A model generated the notes under the pieces. It worked only from the letters and a program-made list of their open reading frames with translations. It did not search any database and was not told the DNA's origin. Shown here in pieces: positions 26,160 through 39,600 of a stretch of DNA of 64,000 nucleotides; positions within the stretch are counted from its first letter, which is position 1; every line of letters starts with the position of its first letter. Source of the stretch: the human T2T-CHM13v2.0 reference genome, Homo sapiens; assembly GCF_009914755.1 (NCBI RefSeq), contig NC_060929.1; one strand, given 5' to 3'. Both the position numbers and the translations under genes were made by a program.

Positions 26160-29100
26160 GAGGCCTTCGTTGGAAACGGGTTTTTTTCATGTAAGGCTAG
26201 ACAGAAGAATTCTCAGTAACTTCCTTGTGTTGTGTGTATTCAACTCACAGAGTTGAACGATCCTTTACACAGAGCAGACTTGTAACACTCTTTTTGTGGA
26301 ATTTGCAAGTGGAGATTTCAGCCGCTTTGAAGTCAAAGGTAGAAAAGGAAATATCTTCCTATAAAAACTAGACAGAATGATTCTCAGAAACTCCTTTGTG
26401 ATGTGTGCGTTCAACTCACAGAGTTTAACCTTTCTTTTCATAGAGCAGTTAGGAAACACTCTGCTTGTAAAGTCTGCAAGTGGATATTCAGACCTCTTTG
26501 AGGCCTTCGTTGGAAACGGGTTTTTTTCATATAAGGCTAGACAGAAGAATTCCCAGTAACTTCCTTGTGTTGTGTGTGTTCAACTCACAGAGTTGAACTT
26601 TCATTTACACAGAGCAGATTTGAAACACTCTTTTTGTGGAATTTGCAAGTGGAGATTTCAAGCGCTTTGATGCCAAAGGCAGAAAAGGAAATATCTTCGT
26701 ATAAAAACTAGACAGAATCATTCTCAGAAACTGCTCTGCGATGTGTGCGTTCAACTCTCAGAGTTTAACTTTTCTTTTCATTCAGCAGTTTGGAAACACT
26801 CTGTAAAGTCTGCACGTGGATATTTTGACCACTTAGAGGCCTTCGTTGGAAACGGGTTTTTTTCCTGTAAGGCTAGACAGAAGAATTCCCAGTAACTTCC
26901 TTGTGTTGTGTACATTCAACTCACAGAGTTAAACGTTCCCTTAGACAGAGCAGATTTGAAACACTCTTTTTGTGCAATTGGCAAGTGGAGATTTCAAGCG
27001 CTTTAAGGTCAATGGCAGAAAAGGAAATATCTTCGTTTCAAAACTAGACAGGATCATTCCCACAAACTGCGTTGTGATGTGTTCGTTCATCTCACAGAGT
27101 TTAACCTTTCTTTTCATAGAGCAGTTAGGAAACAGTCTGTTTGTAAATTCTGTAAGTGGATATTCTGACATCTTGTGGCCTTCGTTGGAAACGGGATTTC
27201 TTCATATTCTGCTAGACAGAAGAATTCTCAGAATCTTCCTTGTGTTGTGTGTATTCAACTCACAGAGTTGAACGATGGTTTACACAGAGCAGATTTGAAA
27301 CACTCTTTTTGTGGAATTTGCAAGTGGACATTTCAGCCGCTTTGAGGTCAATGGTAGAAAAGGAAATATCTTCGTATAAAAACTAGACAGAATGATTCTC
27401 AGAAACTTCTTTGTGATGTGTGCGTTCAACTCACAGAGTTTAACCTTTCTTTTCATAGAGCAATTAGGAAACACTCTGTTTGTAAACTCTGCAAGTGGAT
27501 ATTCAGACCTCTTTGAGGCCTTCGTTGGAAACGGGATTTCTTCATACTGTGCTAGACAGAAGAATTCTCAGTAACTTCCTTGTGTTGTGTGTATTCAACT
27601 CACAGAGTTGACCGATCCTTTACACAGAGCAGACTTGTAACACTCTTTTTGTGGAATTTGCAAGTGGAGATTTCAGCCGCTTTGAAGTCAAAGGTAGAAA
27701 ACGGAATATCTTCCTATAAAAACTAGACAGAATGATTCTCAGAAACTCCTTTGTGATGTGTGCGTTCAACTCACAGAGTTTAACCTTTCTTTTCATAGAG
27801 CAGTTAGGAAACACTCTGTTTCTAAAGTCTGCAAGTGGATATTCAGACCTCTTTGAGGCCTTCGTTGGAAACGGGTTTTTTTCATATAAGGCTAGAGAGA
27901 AGAATTCCCAGTAACTTCCTTGTGTTGTGTGTGTTCAACTCACAGAGTTGAACTTTCATTTACACAGAGCAGATTTGAAACACTCTTTTTGTGGAATTTG
28001 CAAGTGGAGATTTCAAGCGCTGTGAGGCCAAAGGCAGAAAAGGAAATATCTTCGTATAAAAACTAGACAGAATCATTCTCAGAAACTGCTCTGCGATGTG
28101 TGCGTTCAACTCTCAGAGTTTAACTTTTCTTTTCATTCAGCAGTTTGGAAACACTCTGTTTGTAAAGTCTGCACGTGGATAATTTGACCACTTAGAGGCC
28201 TTCGTTGGAAACGGGTTTTTTTCATGTAAGGCTAGACAGAAGAATTCTCAGTAACTTCCTTGTGTTGTGTGTATTCAACTCACAGAGTTGAACGATCCTT
28301 TACACAGAGCAGACTTGTAACACTCTTTTTGTGGAATTTGCAAGTGGAGATTTCAGCCGCTTTGAAGTCAAAGGTAGAAAAGGAAATATCTTCCTATAAA
28401 AACTAGACAGAATGATTCTCAGAAACTCCTTTGTGATGTGTGCGTTCAACTCACAGAGTTTAACCTTTCTTTTCATAGAGCAGTTAGGAAACACTCTGCT
28501 TGTAAAGTCTGCAAGTGGATATTCAGCCCTCTTTGAGGCCTTCGTTGGAAACGGGTTTTTTTCATATAAGGCTAGACAGAAGAATTCCCAGTAACTTCCT
28601 TGTGTTGTGTGTGTTCAACTCACAGAGTTGAACTTTCATTTACACAGAGCAGATTTGAAACACTCTTTTTGTGGAATTTGCAAGTGGAGATTTCAAGCGC
28701 TTTGAGGCCAAAGGCAGAAAAGGAAATATCTTCGTATAAAAACTAGACAGAATCATTCTCAGAAACTGCTCTGCGATGTGTGCGTTCAACTCTCAGAGTT
28801 TAACTTTTCTTTTCATTCAGCAGTTTGGAAACACTCTGTTTGTAAAGTCTGCACGTGGATATTTTGACCACTTAGAGGCCTTCGTTGGAAACGGGTTTTT
28901 TTCCTGTAAGGCTAGACAGAAGAATTCCCAGTAACTTCCTTGTGTTGTGTACATTCAACTCACAGAGTTGAACGTTCCCTTAGACAGAGCAGATTTGAAA
29001 CACTCTTTTTGTGCAATTGGCAAGTGGAGATTTCAAGCGCTTTGAGGTCAATGGCAGAAAAGGAAATATCTTCGTTTCAAAACTAGACAGAATCATTCCC

Positions 29101-32100
29101 ACAAACTGCGTTGTGATGTGTTCGTTCAACTCACAGAGTTTAACCTTTCTTTTCATAGAGCAGTTAGGAAACAGTCTGTTTGAAAATTCTGTAAGTGGAT
29201 ATTCTGACATCTTGTGGCCTTCGTTGGAAACGGGTTTCTTCATACTGTGCTAGACAGAAGAATTCTCAGTAAATTCCTTGTGTTGTGTGTATTCAACTCA
29301 CAGAGTTGAACGATCCTTTACACAGGGCAGACTTGAAACACTCTTTTTGTGGAATTTGCAAGTGGAGATTTCAGCCGCGTTGAGGTCAATGGTAGAAAAG
29401 GAAATATCTTCGTATAAAAACTAGACAGAATGATTCTCAGAAACTCCTTTGTGATGTGTGTGTTCAACTCACAGAGTTTAACATTTCTTTTCATAGAGCA
29501 GTTAGGAAACACTCTGTTTGTAAAGTCTGCAAGTGGATATTCAGACCTCTTTGAGGCCTTCGTTGGAAACGGGTTTTTTTCATATAAGGCTAGACAGAAG
29601 AATTCCCAGTAACTTCCTTGTGTTGTGTGTGTTCCACTCACAGAGTTGAACTTTCGTTTACACAGAGCAGATTTGAAACACTCTTTTTGTGGAATTTGCA
29701 AATGGAGATTTCAAGCGCTTTGAGGCCAAAAGCAGAAAAGGAAATATCTTCGTATAAAAACTAGACAGAATCATTCTCAGAAACTGCTCTGCGATGTGTG
29801 CGTTCAACTCTCAGAGTTTAACTTTGCTTTTCATTCAGCAGTTTGGAAACACTCTGTTTGTAAAGTCTGCACGTGGATAATTTGACCACTTAGAGGCCTT
29901 CGTTGGAAACGGGTTTTTTTCATGTAAGGCTAGACAGAAGAATTCTCAGTAACTTCCTTGTGTTGTGTGTATTCAACTCACAGAGTTGAACGATCCTTTA
30001 CACAGAGCAGACTTGTAACACTCTTTTTGTGGAATTTGCAAGTGGAGATTTCAGCCGCTTTGAAGTCAAAGGTAGAAAAGGAAATATCTTCCTATAAAAA
30101 CTAGACAGAATGATTCTCAGAAACTCCTTTGTGATGTGTACGTTCAACTCACAGAGTTTAACCATTCTTTTCATAGAGCAGTTAGGAAACACTCTGTTTG
30201 TAAAGTCTGCAAGTGGATATTGAGACCTCTTTGAGGCCTTCGTTGGAAACGGGTTTTTTTCATATAAGGCTAGACAGAAGGATTCCCAGTAACTTCCTTG
30301 TGTTGTGTGTGTTCAACTCACAGAGTTGAACTTTCATTTACACAGAGCAGATTTGAAACACTCTTTTTGTGGAATTTGCAAGTGGAGATTTCAAGCGCTT
30401 TGAGGCCAAAGGCAGAAAAGGAAATATCTTCGTATAAAAACTAGACAGAATCATTCTCAGAAACTGCTCTGCGATGTGTGCGTTCAACTCTCAGAGTTTA
30501 ACTTTTCTTTTCATTCAGCAGTTTGGAAACACTCTGTTTGTAAAGTCTGCACGTGGATAATTTGACCACTTAGAGGCCTTCGTTGGAAACGGGTTTTTTT
30601 CATGTAAGGCTAGACAGAAGAATTCTCAGTAACTTCCTTGTGTTGTGTGTATTCAACTCACAGAGTTGAACGATCCTTTACACAGAGCAGACTTGTAACA
30701 CTCTTTTTGTGGAATTTGCAAGTGGAGATTTCAGCCGCTTTGAAGTCAAAGGTAGAAAAGGAAATATCTTCCTATAAAAACTAGACAGAATGATTCTCAG
30801 AAACTCCTTTGTGATGTGTGCGTTCAACTCACAGAGTTTAACCTTTCTTTTCATAGAGCAGTTAGGAAACACTCTGCTTGTAAAGTCTGCAAGTGGATAT
30901 TCAGACCTCTTTGAGGCCTTCGTTGGAAACGGGTTTTTTTCATATAAGGCTAGACAGAAGAATTCCCAGTAACTTCCTTGTGTTGTGTGTGTTCAACTCA
31001 CAGAGTTGAACTTTCATTTACACAGAGCAGATTTGAAACACTCTTTTTGTGGAATTTGCAAGTGGAGATTTCAAGCGCTTTGAGGCCAAAGGCAGAAAAG
31101 GAAATATCTTCGTATAAAAACTAGACAGAATCATTCTCAGAAACTGCTCTGCGATGTGTGCGTTCAACTCTCAGAGTTTAACTTTTCTTTTCATTCAGCA
31201 GTTTGGAAACACTCTGTAAAGTCTGCACGTGGATATTTTGACCACTTAGAGGCCTTCGTTGGAAACGGGTTTTTTTCCTGTAAGGCTAGACAGAAGAATT
31301 CCCAGTAACTTCCTTGTGTTGTGTACATTCAACTCACAGAGTTGAACGTTCCCTTAGACAGAGCAGATTTGAAACACTCTTTTTGTGCAATTGGCAAGTG
31401 GAGATTTCAAGCGCTTTAAGGTCAATGGCAGAAAAGGAAATATCTTCGTTTCAAAACTAGACAGGATCATTCCCACAAACTGCGTTGTGATGTGTTCGTT
31501 CATCTCACAGAGTTTAACCTTTCTTTTCATAGAGCAGTTAGGAAACAGTCTGTTTGTAAATTCTGTAAGTGGATATTCTGACATCTTGTGGCCTTCGTTG
31601 GAAACGGGATTTCTTCATATTCTGCTAGACAGAAGAATTCTCAGAATCTTCCTTGTGTTGTGTGTATTCAACTCACAGAGTTGAACGATGGTTTACACAG
31701 AGCAGATTTGAAACACTCTTTTTGTGGAATTTGCAAGTGGACATTTCAGCCGCTTTGAGGTCAATGGTAGAAAAGGAAATATCTTCGTATAAAAACTAGA
31801 CAGAATGATTCTCAGAAACTTCTTTGTGATGTGTGCGTTCAACTCACAGAGTTTAACCTTTCTTTTCATAGAGCAGTTAGGAAACACTCTGTTTGTAAAC
31901 TCTGCAAGTGGATATTCAGACCTCTTTGAGGCCTTCGTTGGAAACGGGATTTCTTCATACTGTGCTAGACAGAAGAATTCTCAGTAACTTCCTTGTGTTG
32001 TGTGTATTCAACTCACAGAGTTGACCGATCCTTTACACAGAGCAGACTTGTAACACTCTTTTTGTGGAATTTGCAAGTGGAGATTTCAGCCGCTTTGAAG

Positions 32101-33626
32101 TCAAAGGTAGAAAACGGAATATCTTCCTATAAAAACTAGACAGAATGATTCTCAGAAACTCCTTTGTGATGTGTGCGTTCAACTCACAGAGTTTAACCTT
32201 TCTTTTCATAGAGCAGTTAGGAAACACTCTGTTTCTAAAGTCTGCAAGTGGATATTCAGACCTCTTTGAGGCCTTCGTTGGAAACGGGTTTTTTTCATAT
32301 AAGGCTAGAGAGAAGAATTCCCAGTAACTTCCTTGTGTTGTGTGTGTTCAACTCACAGAGTTGAACTTTCATTTACACAGAGCAGATTTGAAACACTCTT
32401 TTTCTGGAATTTGCAAGTGGAGATTTCAAGCGCTTTGAGGCCAAAGGCAGAAAAGGAAATATCTTCGTATAAAAACTAGACAGAATCATTCTCAGAAACT
32501 GCTCTGCGATGTGTGCGTTCAACTCTCAGAGTTTAACTTTTCTTTTCATTCAGCAGTTTGGAAACACTCTGTTTGTAAAGTCTGCACGTGGATAATTTGA
32601 CCACTTAGAGGCCTTCGTTGGAAACGGGTTTTTTTCATGTAAGGCTAGACAGAAGAATTCTCAGTAACTTCCTTGTGTTGTGTGTATTCAACTCACACAG
32701 TTGAACGATCCTTTACACAGAGCAGACTTGTAACACTCTTTTTGTGGAATTTGCAAGTGGAGATTTCAGCCGCTTTGAAGTCAAAGGTAGAAAAGGAAAT
32801 ATCTTCCTATAAAAACTAGACAGAATGATTCTCAGAAACTCCTTTGTGATGTGTGCGTTCAACTCACAGAGTTTAACCTTTCTTTTCATAGAGCAGTTAG
32901 GAAACACTCTGCTTGTAAAGTCTGCAAGTGGATATTCAGCCCTCTTTGAGGCCTTCGTTGGAAACGGGTTTTTTTCATATAAGGCTAGACAGAAGAATTC
33001 CCAGTAACTTCCTTGTGTTGTGTGTGTTCAACTCATAGAGTTGAACTTTCATTTACACAGAGCAGATTTGAAACACTCTTTTTGTGGAATTTGCAAGTGG
33101 AGATTTCAAGCGCTTTGAGGCCAAAGGCAGAAAAGGAAATATCTTCGTATAAAAACTAGACAGAATCATTCTCAGAAACTGCTCTGCGATGTGTGCGTTC
33201 AACTCTCAGAGTTTAACTTTGCTTTTCATTCAGCAGTTTGGAAACACTCTGTTTGTAAAGTCTGCACGTGGATATTTTGACCACTTAGAGGCCTTCGTTG
33301 GAAACGGGTTTTTTTCCTGTAAGGCTAGACAGAAGAATTCCCAGTAACTTCCTTGTGTTGTGTACATTCAACTCACAGAGTTGAACGTTCCCTTAGACAG
33401 AGCAGATTTGAAACACTCTTTTTGTGCAATTGGCAAGTGGAGATTTCAAGCGCTTTGAGGTCAATGGCAGAAAAGGAAATATCTTCGTTTCAAAACTAGA
33501 CAGAATCATTCCCACAAACTGCGTTGTGATGTGTTCGTTCAACTCACAGAGTTTAACCTTTCTTTTCATAGAGCAGTTAGGAAACAGTCTGTTTGAAAAT
33601 TCTGTAAGTGGATATTCTGACATCTT
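26160..33626 (+). repeat. ~3.05-kb direct repeat pair (26160-29213 and 30573-33626), offset 4,413 bp
   Basis: Shared 4-bp deletion CTGTAAAG (26801/31214), GACAGGATCAT (~27050/31463), GGACATTT (~27327/31740) and AAAACGGAAT (~27698/32111). ORF offsets 26941/31354 and 27620/32033 are both 4413. Confidence 0.85.
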
Positions 33627-36600
33627 GTGGCCTTCGTTGGAAACGGGATTTCTTCATATTCTGCTAGACAGAAGAATTCTCAGAATCTTCCTTGTGTTGT
33701 GTGTATTCAACTCACAGAGTTGAACGATGGTTTACACAGAGCAGATTTGAAACACTCATTTGGTGGAATTTGCAAGTGGAGATTTCAGCCGCTTTGAGGT
33801 CAATGGTAGAAAAGGAAATATCTTCGTATAACAACTAGACAGAATGATTCTCAGAAACTCCTTTGTGATGTGTGTGTTCAACTCACAGAGTTTAACCTTT
33901 CTTTTCATAGAGCAGTTAGGAAACACTCTGTTTGTAAAGTCTGCAAGTGGATATTCAGACCTCTTTGAGGCCTTCGTTGGAAACGGGTTTTTTTCATATA
34001 AGGCTAGACAGAAGGATTCCCAGTAACTTCCTTGTGTTGTGTGTGTTCAACTCACAGAGTTGAACTTTCATTTACAAAGAGCAGATTTGAAACACTCTTT
34101 TTGTGGAATTTGCAAGTGGAGATTTCAAGCGCTTTGAGGCCAAAGGCAGAAAAGGAAATATCTTCGTATAAAAACTAGACAGAATCATTCTCAGAAACTG
34201 CTCTGCGATGTGTGCGTTCAACTCTCAGAGTTTAACTTTTCTTTTCATTCAGCAGTTTGGAAACACTCTGTTTGTAAAGTCTGCACGTGGATAATTTGAC
34301 CACTTAGAGGCCTTCGTTGGAAACGGGTTTTTTTCATGTAAGGCTAGACAGAAGAATTCTCAGTAACTTCCTTGTGTTGTGTGTATTCAACTCACAGAGT
34401 TGAACGATCCTTTACACAGAGCAGACTTGTAACACTCTTTTTGTGGAATTTGCAAGTGGAGATTTCAGCCGCTTTGAAGTCAAAGGTAGAAAAGGAAATA
34501 TCTTCCTATAAAAACTAGACAGAATGATTCTCAGAAACTCCTTTGTGATGTGTGCGTTCAACTCACAGAGTTTAACCTTTCTTTTCATAGAGCAGTTAGG
34601 AAACACTCTGCTTGTAAAGTCTGCAAGTGGATATTCAGCCCTCTTTGAGGCCTTCGTTGGAAACGGGTTTTTTTCATATAAGGCTAGACAGAAGAATCCC
34701 CAGTAACTTCCTTGTGTTGTGTGTGTTCAACTCACAGAGTTGAACTTTGATTTACACAGAGCAGATTTGAAACACTCTTTTTGTGGAATTTGCAAGTGGA
34801 GATTTCAAGCGCTTTGAGGCCAAAGGCAGAAAAGGAAATATCTTCGTATAAAAACTAGACAGAATCATTCTCAGAAACTGCTCTGCGATGTGTGCGTTCA
34901 ACTCTCAGAGTTTAACTTTTCTTTTCATTCAGCAGTTTGGAAACACTCTGTTTGTAAAGTCTGCACGTGGATATTTTGACCACTTAGAGGCCTTCGTTGG
35001 AAACGGGTTTTTTTCCTGTAAGGCTAGACAGAAGAATTCCCAGTAACTTCCTTGTGTTGTGTACATTCAACTCACAGAGTTGAACGATCCCTTAGTCAGA
35101 GCAGATTTGAAACACTCTTTTTGTGCAATTGGCAAGTGGAGACTTCAAGCGCTTTAAGGTCAATGGCAGAAAAGGAAATATCTTCGTTTCAAAACTAGAC
35201 AGAATCATTCCCACAAACTGCGTTGTGATGTGTTCGTTCATCTCACAGAGTTTAACCTTTCTTTTCATAGAGCAGTTAGGAAACAGTCTGTTTGTAAATT
35301 CTGTAAGTGGATATTCTGACATCTTGTGGCCTTCGTTGGAAACGGGATTTCTTCATATTCTGCTAGACAGAAGAATTCTCAGAATCTTCCTTGTGTTGTG
35401 TGTATTCAACTCACAGAGTTGAACGATGGTTTACACAGAGCAGATTTGAAACACTCTTTTTGTGGAATTTGCAAGTGGAGATTTCAGCCGCTTTGAGGTC
35501 AATGGTAGAAAAGGAAATATCTTCGTATAAAAACTAGACAGAATGATTCTCAGAAACTTCTTTGTGATGTGTGCGTTCAACTCACAGAGTTTAACCTTTC
35601 TTTTCATAGAGCAGTTATGAAACACTCTGTTTGTAAACTCTGCAAGTGGATATTCAGACCTCTTTGAGGCCTTCGTTGGAAACGGGATTTCTTCATACTG
35701 TGCTAGACAGAAGAATTCTCAGTAACTTCCTTGTGTTGTGTGTATTCAACTCACAGAGTTGACCGATCCTTTACACAGAGCAGACTTGTAACACTCTTTT
35801 TGTGGAATTTGCAAGTGGAGATTTCAGCCGCTTTGAAGTCAAAGGTAGAAAAGGGAATATCTTCTAATAAAAACTAGACAGAGTGATTCTCAGAAACTCC
35901 TTTGTGATGTGTGCGTTCAACTCACAGAGTTTAACCTTTCTTTTCATAGAGCAGTTAGGAAACACTCTGTTTCTAAAGTCTGCAAGTGGATATTCAGACC
36001 TCTTTGAGGCCTTCGTTGGAAACGGGTTTTTTTCATATAAGGCTAGAGAGAAGAATTCCCAGTAACTTCCTTGTGTTGTGTGTGTTCAACTCACAGAGTT
36101 GAACTTTCATTTACACAGAGCAGATTTGAAACACTGTTTTTGTGGAATTTGCAAGTGGAGATTTCAAGCGCTGTGAGGCCAAAGGCAGAAAAGGAAATAT
36201 CTTCGTATAAAAACTAGACAGAATCATTCTCAGAAACTGCTCTGCGATGTGTGCGTTCAACTCTCAGAGTTTAACTTTTCTTTTCATTCAGCAGTTTGGA
36301 AACACTCTGTTTGTAAAGTCTGCACGTGGATAATTTGACCACTTAGAGGCCTTCGTTGGAAACGGGTTTTTTTCATGTAAGGCTAGACAGAAGAGTTCTC
36401 AGTAACTTCCTTGTGTTGTGTGTATTCAACTCACACAGTTGAACGATCCTTTACACAGAGCAGACTTGTAACACTCTTTTTGTGGAATTTGCAAGTGGAG
36501 ATTTCAGCCGCTTTGAAGTCAAAGTAGAAAAGGAAATATCTTCCTATAAAAACTAGACAGAAAGATTCTCAGAAACTCCTTTGTGATGTGTGCGTTCAAC

Positions 36601-39600
36601 TCACAGAGTTTAACCTTTCTTTTCATAGAGCAGTTAGGAAACACTCTGTTTGTAAAGTCTGCAAGTGGATATTCAGACCTCTTTGAGGCCTTCGTTGGAA
36701 ACGGGTTTTTTTCATATAAGGCTAGACAGAAGAATTCCCAGTAACTTCCTTGTGTTGTGTGTGTTCAACTCACAGAGTTGAACTTTCATTTACACAGAGC
36801 AGATTTGAAACACTCTTTTTGTGGAATTTGCAGGTGGAGATTTCAAGCGCTTTGAGGCCAAAGGCAGAAAAGGAAATATCTTCGTATAAAAACTAGACAG
36901 AATCATTCTCAGAAACTGCTCTGCGATGTGTGCGTTCAACTCTCAGAGTTTAACTTTTCTTTTCATTCAGCAGTTTGGAAACACTCTGTTTGTAAAGTCT
37001 GCACGTGGATAATTTGACCACTTAGAGGCCTTCGTTGGAAACGGGTTTTTTTCATGTAAGGCTAGACAGAAGAATTCTCAGTAACTTCCTTGTGTTGTGT
37101 GTATTCAACTCACAGAGTTGAACGATCCTTTACACAGAGCAGACTTGTAACACTCTTTTTGTGGAATTTGCAAGTGGAGATTTCAGCCGCTTTGAAGTCA
37201 AAGGTAGAAAAGGAAATATCTTCCTATAAAAACTAGACAGAATGATTCTCAGAAACTCCTTTGTGATGTGTGCGTTCAACTCACAGAGTTTAACCTTTCT
37301 TTTCATAGAGCAGTTAGGAAACACTCTGCTTGTAAAGTCTGCAAGTGGATATTCAGCCCTCTTTGAGGCCTTCGTTGGAAACGGGTTTTTTTCATATAAG
37401 GCTAGACAGAAGAATTCCCAGTAACTTCCTTGTGTTGTGTGTGTTCAACTCACAGAGTTGAACTTTCATTTACACAGAGCAGATTTGAAACACTCTTTTT
37501 GTGGAATTTGCAAGTGGAGATTTCAAGCGCTTTGAGGCCAAAGGCAGAAAAGGAAATATCTTCGTATAAAAACTAGACAGAATCATTCTCAGAAACTGCT
37601 CTGCGATGTGTGCGTTCAACTCTCAGAGTTTAACTTTTCTTTTCATTCAGCAGTTTGGAAACACTCTGTTTGTAAAGTCTGCACGTGGATATTTTGACCA
37701 CTTAGAGGCCTTCGTTGGAAACGGGTTTTTTTCCTGTAAGGCTAGACAGAAGAATTCCCAGTAACTTCCTTGTGTTGTGTACATTCAACTCACAGAGTTG
37801 AACGTTCCCTTAGACAGAGCAGATTTGAAACACTCTTTTTGTGCAATTGGCAAGTGGAGATTTCAAGCGCTTTAAGGTCAATGGCAGAAAAGGAAATATC
37901 TTCGTTTCAAAACTAGACAGAATCATTCCCACAAACTGCGTTGTGATGTGTTCGTTCAACTCACAGAGTTTAACCTTTCTTTTCATAGAGCAGTTAGGAA
38001 ACAGTCTGTTTGAAAATTCTGTAAGTGGATATTCTGACATCTTGTGGCCTTCGTTGGAAACGGGATTTCTTCATATTCTGCTAGACAGAAGAATTCTCAG
38101 AATCTTCCTTGTGTTGTGTGTATTCAACTCACAGAGTTGAATGATGGTTTACACAGAGCAGATTTGAAACACTCATTTGGTGGAATTTGCAAGTGGAGAT
38201 TTCAGCCGCTTTGAGGTCAATGGTAGAAAAAGAAATATCTTCGTATAACAACTAGACAGAATGATTCTCAGAAACTTCTTTGTGATGTGTGTGTTCAACT
38301 CACAGAGTTTAACCTTTCTTTTCATAGAGCAGTTAGGAAACACTGTGTTTTCAAACTCTGCAAGTGGATATTCAGACCTCTTTGAGGCCTTCGTTGGAAA
38401 CGGGTTTCTTCATACTGTGCTAGACAGAAGAATTCTCAGTAAATTCCTTGTGTTGTGTGTATTCAACTCACAGAGTTGAACGATCCTTTACACAGGGCAG
38501 ACTTGAAACACTCTTTTTGTGGAATTTGCAAGTGGAGATTTCAGCCGCGTTGAGGTCAATGGTAGAAAAGGAAATATCTTCGTATAAAAACTAGACAGAA
38601 TGATTCTCAGAAACTCCTTTGTGATGTGTGTGTTCAACTCACAGAGTTTAACATTTCTTTTCATAGAGCAGTTAGGAAACACTCTGTTTGTAAAGTCTGC
38701 AAGTGGATATTCAGCCCTCTTTGAGGCCTTCGTTGGAAACGGGTTTTTTTCATATAAGGCTAGACAGAAGAATTCCCAGTAACTTCCTTGTGTTGTGTGT
38801 GTTCCACTCACAGAGTTGAACTTTCGTTTACACAGAGCAGATTTGAAACACTCTTTTTGTGGAATTTGCAAATGGAGATTTCAAGCGCTTTGAGGCCAAA
38901 GGCAGAAAAGGAAATATCTTCGTATAAAAACTAGACAGAATCATTCTCAGAAACTGCTCTGCGATGTGTGCGTTCAACTCTCAGAGTTTAACTTTGCTTT
39001 TCATTCAGCAGTTTGGAAACACTCTGTTTGTAAAGTCTGCACGTGGATAATTTGACCACTTAGAGGCCTTCGTTGGAAACGGGTTTTTTTCATGTAAGGC
39101 TAGACAGAAGAATTCTCAGTAACTTCCTTGTGTTGTGTGTATTCAACTCACAGAGTTGAACGATCCTTTACACAGAGCAGACTTGTAACACTCTTTTTGT
39201 GGAATTTGCAAGTGGAGATTTCAGCCGCTTTGAAGTCAAAGGTAGAAAAGGAAATATCTTCCTATAAAAACTAGACAGAATGATTCTCAGAAACTCCTTT
39301 GTGATGTGTACGTTCAACTCACAGAGTTTAACCATTCTTTTCATAGAGCAGTTAGGAAACACTCTGTTTGTAAAGTCTGCAAGTGGATATTGAGACCTCT
39401 TTGAGGCCTTCGTTGGAAACGGGTTTTTTTCATATAAGGCTAGACAGAAGGATTCCCAGTAACTTCCTTGTGTTGTGTGTGTTCAACTCACAGAGTTGAA
39501 CTTTCATTTACACAGAGCAGATTTGAAACACTCTTTTTGTGGAATTTGCAAGTGGAGATTTCAAGCGCTTTGAGGCCAAAGGCAGAAAAGGAAATATCTT

